Made by a program: the position numbers and the translations under genes
Part shown: one piece after another, positions 62,609-64,000 of the stretch
Numbering within the stretch: the first letter of the stretch is position 1
How the letters are laid out: every line of letters starts with the position of its first letter
Notes under the pieces: generated by a model
Databases searched by the model: none
What the model was told of the DNA's origin: nothing
The model's input: only the letters and a program-made list of their open reading frames with translations
NCBI GenBank assembly: GCA_004556925.1
Contig: SFFI01000009.1
Location: forward strand, 11,332 to 75,331
Source: Clostridiales bacterium
GTDB taxonomy: Bacteria; Bacillota; Clostridia; Saccharofermentanales; DTU023
Length of the DNA stretch: 64,000 bases
Reading direction: 5' to 3'

Positions 62609-62686
62609 GTCTCCTGACCCTTCTATGAGAGTGCTTTTCGGCTATAATGAATCAGTTGGAAAGATTTGCTTTGCCCAGGAGGAATA

Positions 62687-63349
62687 ATGAAATATTTAAG
62701 TGTTACGGAAATTATTGGCCCCGTCATGGTGGGCCCTTCTAGCTCCCATACGGCAGGTGCCGTACGCATCGGACAAATGGCAAGATCCATCTATGGCGGC
62801 CAGGCCCGGGAGGCAGAAATCTACTTTTATGGTTCCTTTGCCCACACCTTCAAAGGGCACGGTACAGATGTAGCGGTCATTGCTGGCCTTCTCGGCTTTT
62901 CAACTTTTGATGAGCGTATCCCCTATGCCTTAGAGGAGGCAGAGAAAGCTGGTCTTAAAGTTACGGTTATTCCCACTAACGAACCTGCTGACCACCCCAA
63001 TACTGCGCGGATCATCCTGCGGGGAGAGTTGGGACAGGTCAATGTAGTCGGTATCTCTATTGGCGGAGGCAATGCCCAAATTACGGAAATTGATGGCTTC
63101 CGTATCCAGGTCAACGCTGATATGGCGACCTCCATTATCATGCACCAGGATAAGGCGGGTGTGATTGCTTCCATTACCGAAATTTATGGTAAGCATGGCA
63201 TCAATATTGGCCATATGGAGGTTTCTCGTAAAACCAAGGGAGATATTGCCCTCATGTCTCTCGAAACCGATGAAGAAATTGGAGGGGAAGTCCTGGCAGA
63301 ATTAAGGGCCCTCCCTTATATGCACAAGGTCATTCAGATCCAGCGCTAA
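62687..63349 (+). CDS. sdaAB: L-serine dehydratase, iron-sulfur-dependent, beta subunit
   Basis: SVTEIIGPVMVGPSSSHTAGA and a C-terminal ACT-like region. ATG at 62687 after caggagg. Confidence 0.9.
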   Translation: MKYLSVTEIIGPVMVGPSSSHTAGAVRIGQMARSIYGGQAREAEIYFYGSFAHTFKGHGTDVAVIAGLLGFSTFDERIPYALEEAEKAGLKVTVIPTNEPADHPNTARIILRGELGQVNVVGISIGGGNAQITEIDGFRIQVNADMATSIIMHQDKAGVIASITEIYGKHGINIGHMEVSRKTKGDIALMSLETDEEIGGEVLAELRALPYMHKVIQIQR

Positions 63350-63375
63350 GGGCTTTGAGGCAAAGGAGATAAGCT

Positions 63376-64000
63376 ATGCAATTTACTACAGTCCAAGAGC
63401 TTGTGACGCTCTGTGAAGAACATCATCTGCCGGTTTGGGATCTGATGATTGCCCAGGAAATCGAATTGATGGAGCGGACCCGGGAAGAAATCCTCGAGGA
63501 TATGTCCCACAAGGTTGATGTCATGTATGCCTCTATTGCGCAAGGGGAGGCGGGTGTCACTTCCTATTCAGGTATTTCGGGTGGAGATGCCAAGCGAATG
63601 CGGGCTTATATTGATCAAGGCCGTGGCTTGTCAGGGGACTTTTTGCTTGAGGCGGTAGCGGCCGCCCTGGCAGTCAATGAGGTAAATGCCTCCATGGGGA
63701 TTATTTGTGCGACTCCCACAGCAGGTTCCGCAGGTGTGGTGCCGGGTGTCTTGTTTTCGTGTAGCAGAAGATTGCAGCTTAGCCGGGAAGACCAGGTCCA
63801 TTACCTTTTGACGGCGGGAGCCTTTGGTCTCTGTATTGGTAACCAAGCCCCCATTGCTGGTGCTACTGGTGGCTGTCAGGCGGAAGTGGGTTCAGCCTCT
63901 GCCATGGCTGCTGCCGCCTTGGTTGCCGTGGCAGGCGGTACACCTGCTATGTCAGCAGAAGCACTGGCTATGGCTATGAAAAATATCCTGGGCCTGGTTT
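63376..64000 (+). CDS. sdaAA: L-serine dehydratase, iron-sulfur-dependent, alpha subunit (3'-partial, runs off the window)
   Basis: Own translation from the ATG at 63376: MQFTTVQELV...ICATPTAGSAGVVPG...GATGGCQAEVGSASAMAA. SD aaggag. Absent from the ORF track because there is no stop in the window. Confidence 0.9.
   Translation, partial: MQFTTVQELVTLCEEHHLPVWDLMIAQEIELMERTREEILEDMSHKVDVMYASIAQGEAGVTSYSGISGGDAKRMRAYIDQGRGLSGDFLLEAVAAALAVNEVNASMGIICATPTAGSAGVVPGVLFSCSRRLQLSREDQVHYLLTAGAFGLCIGNQAPIAGATGGCQAEVGSASAMAAAALVAVAGGTPAMSAEALAMAMKNILGLV

Overview
The window has two parts.

**1. Prophage, positions 1 to ~24453.** This is the right-hand ~24.4 kb of an integrated siphovirus-type temperate prophage. 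All late genes are on the + strand, in this order:
- late regulator, terS, terL, portal
- MuF-family head protein with an extra C-terminal HExxH domain
- a small moron cluster
- scaffold, major capsid, connector proteins
- major tail protein, G/T chaperones, 1168-aa tape measure, Dit, Tal
- Ala/Ser-repeat tail fibre and a G5-domain protein
- amidase endolysin and holin

After the lysis genes comes a reverse-oriented two-gene accessory operon flanked by structured non-coding DNA and phased direct repeats. The element ends at a 45-nt 3' fragment of a tRNA-Pro(CGG) at 24409-24453, which I read as attR. The integrase, lysogeny and replication modules and attL must lie upstream of the window.

**2. 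Host chromosome, positions 24484 to 64000.** This is core chromosome of a ~50% GC Firmicutes (Clostridia-like) organism; that assignment rests on gene order only. It carries:
- two tandem YkuD L,D-transpeptidases
- a probable PPi-dependent phosphofructokinase
- tRNA-Gly(UCC) and tRNA-Arg(UCU)
- a divergent ParE/ParC-like type IIA topoisomerase pair
- an ACT-less aspartokinase-like gene
- yqeG, efp, asp23, amaP, DUF2273, nusB, xseA, xseB, dxs, nadK, argR, recN
- a THF-dependent histidine-utilisation cluster (hutH, glutamate formimidoyltransferase, hutI, cyclodeaminase; no hutU)
- rny, lspA, rluD, phoH, pgpH
- a single ORF fusing YbeY and Era
- recO, sdaAB and a partial sdaAA

No CRISPR array, rRNA, transposase or reverse transcriptase was seen.

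**Best candidates for something undescribed:**
- the prophage right-end accessory locus (23135-24292): acidic protein, RHH protein, operator-like repeats and a candidate sRNA region
- the MuF C-terminal HExxH domain with translationally coupled small ORFs

All family assignments come from motif recognition by eye. No database search was run.
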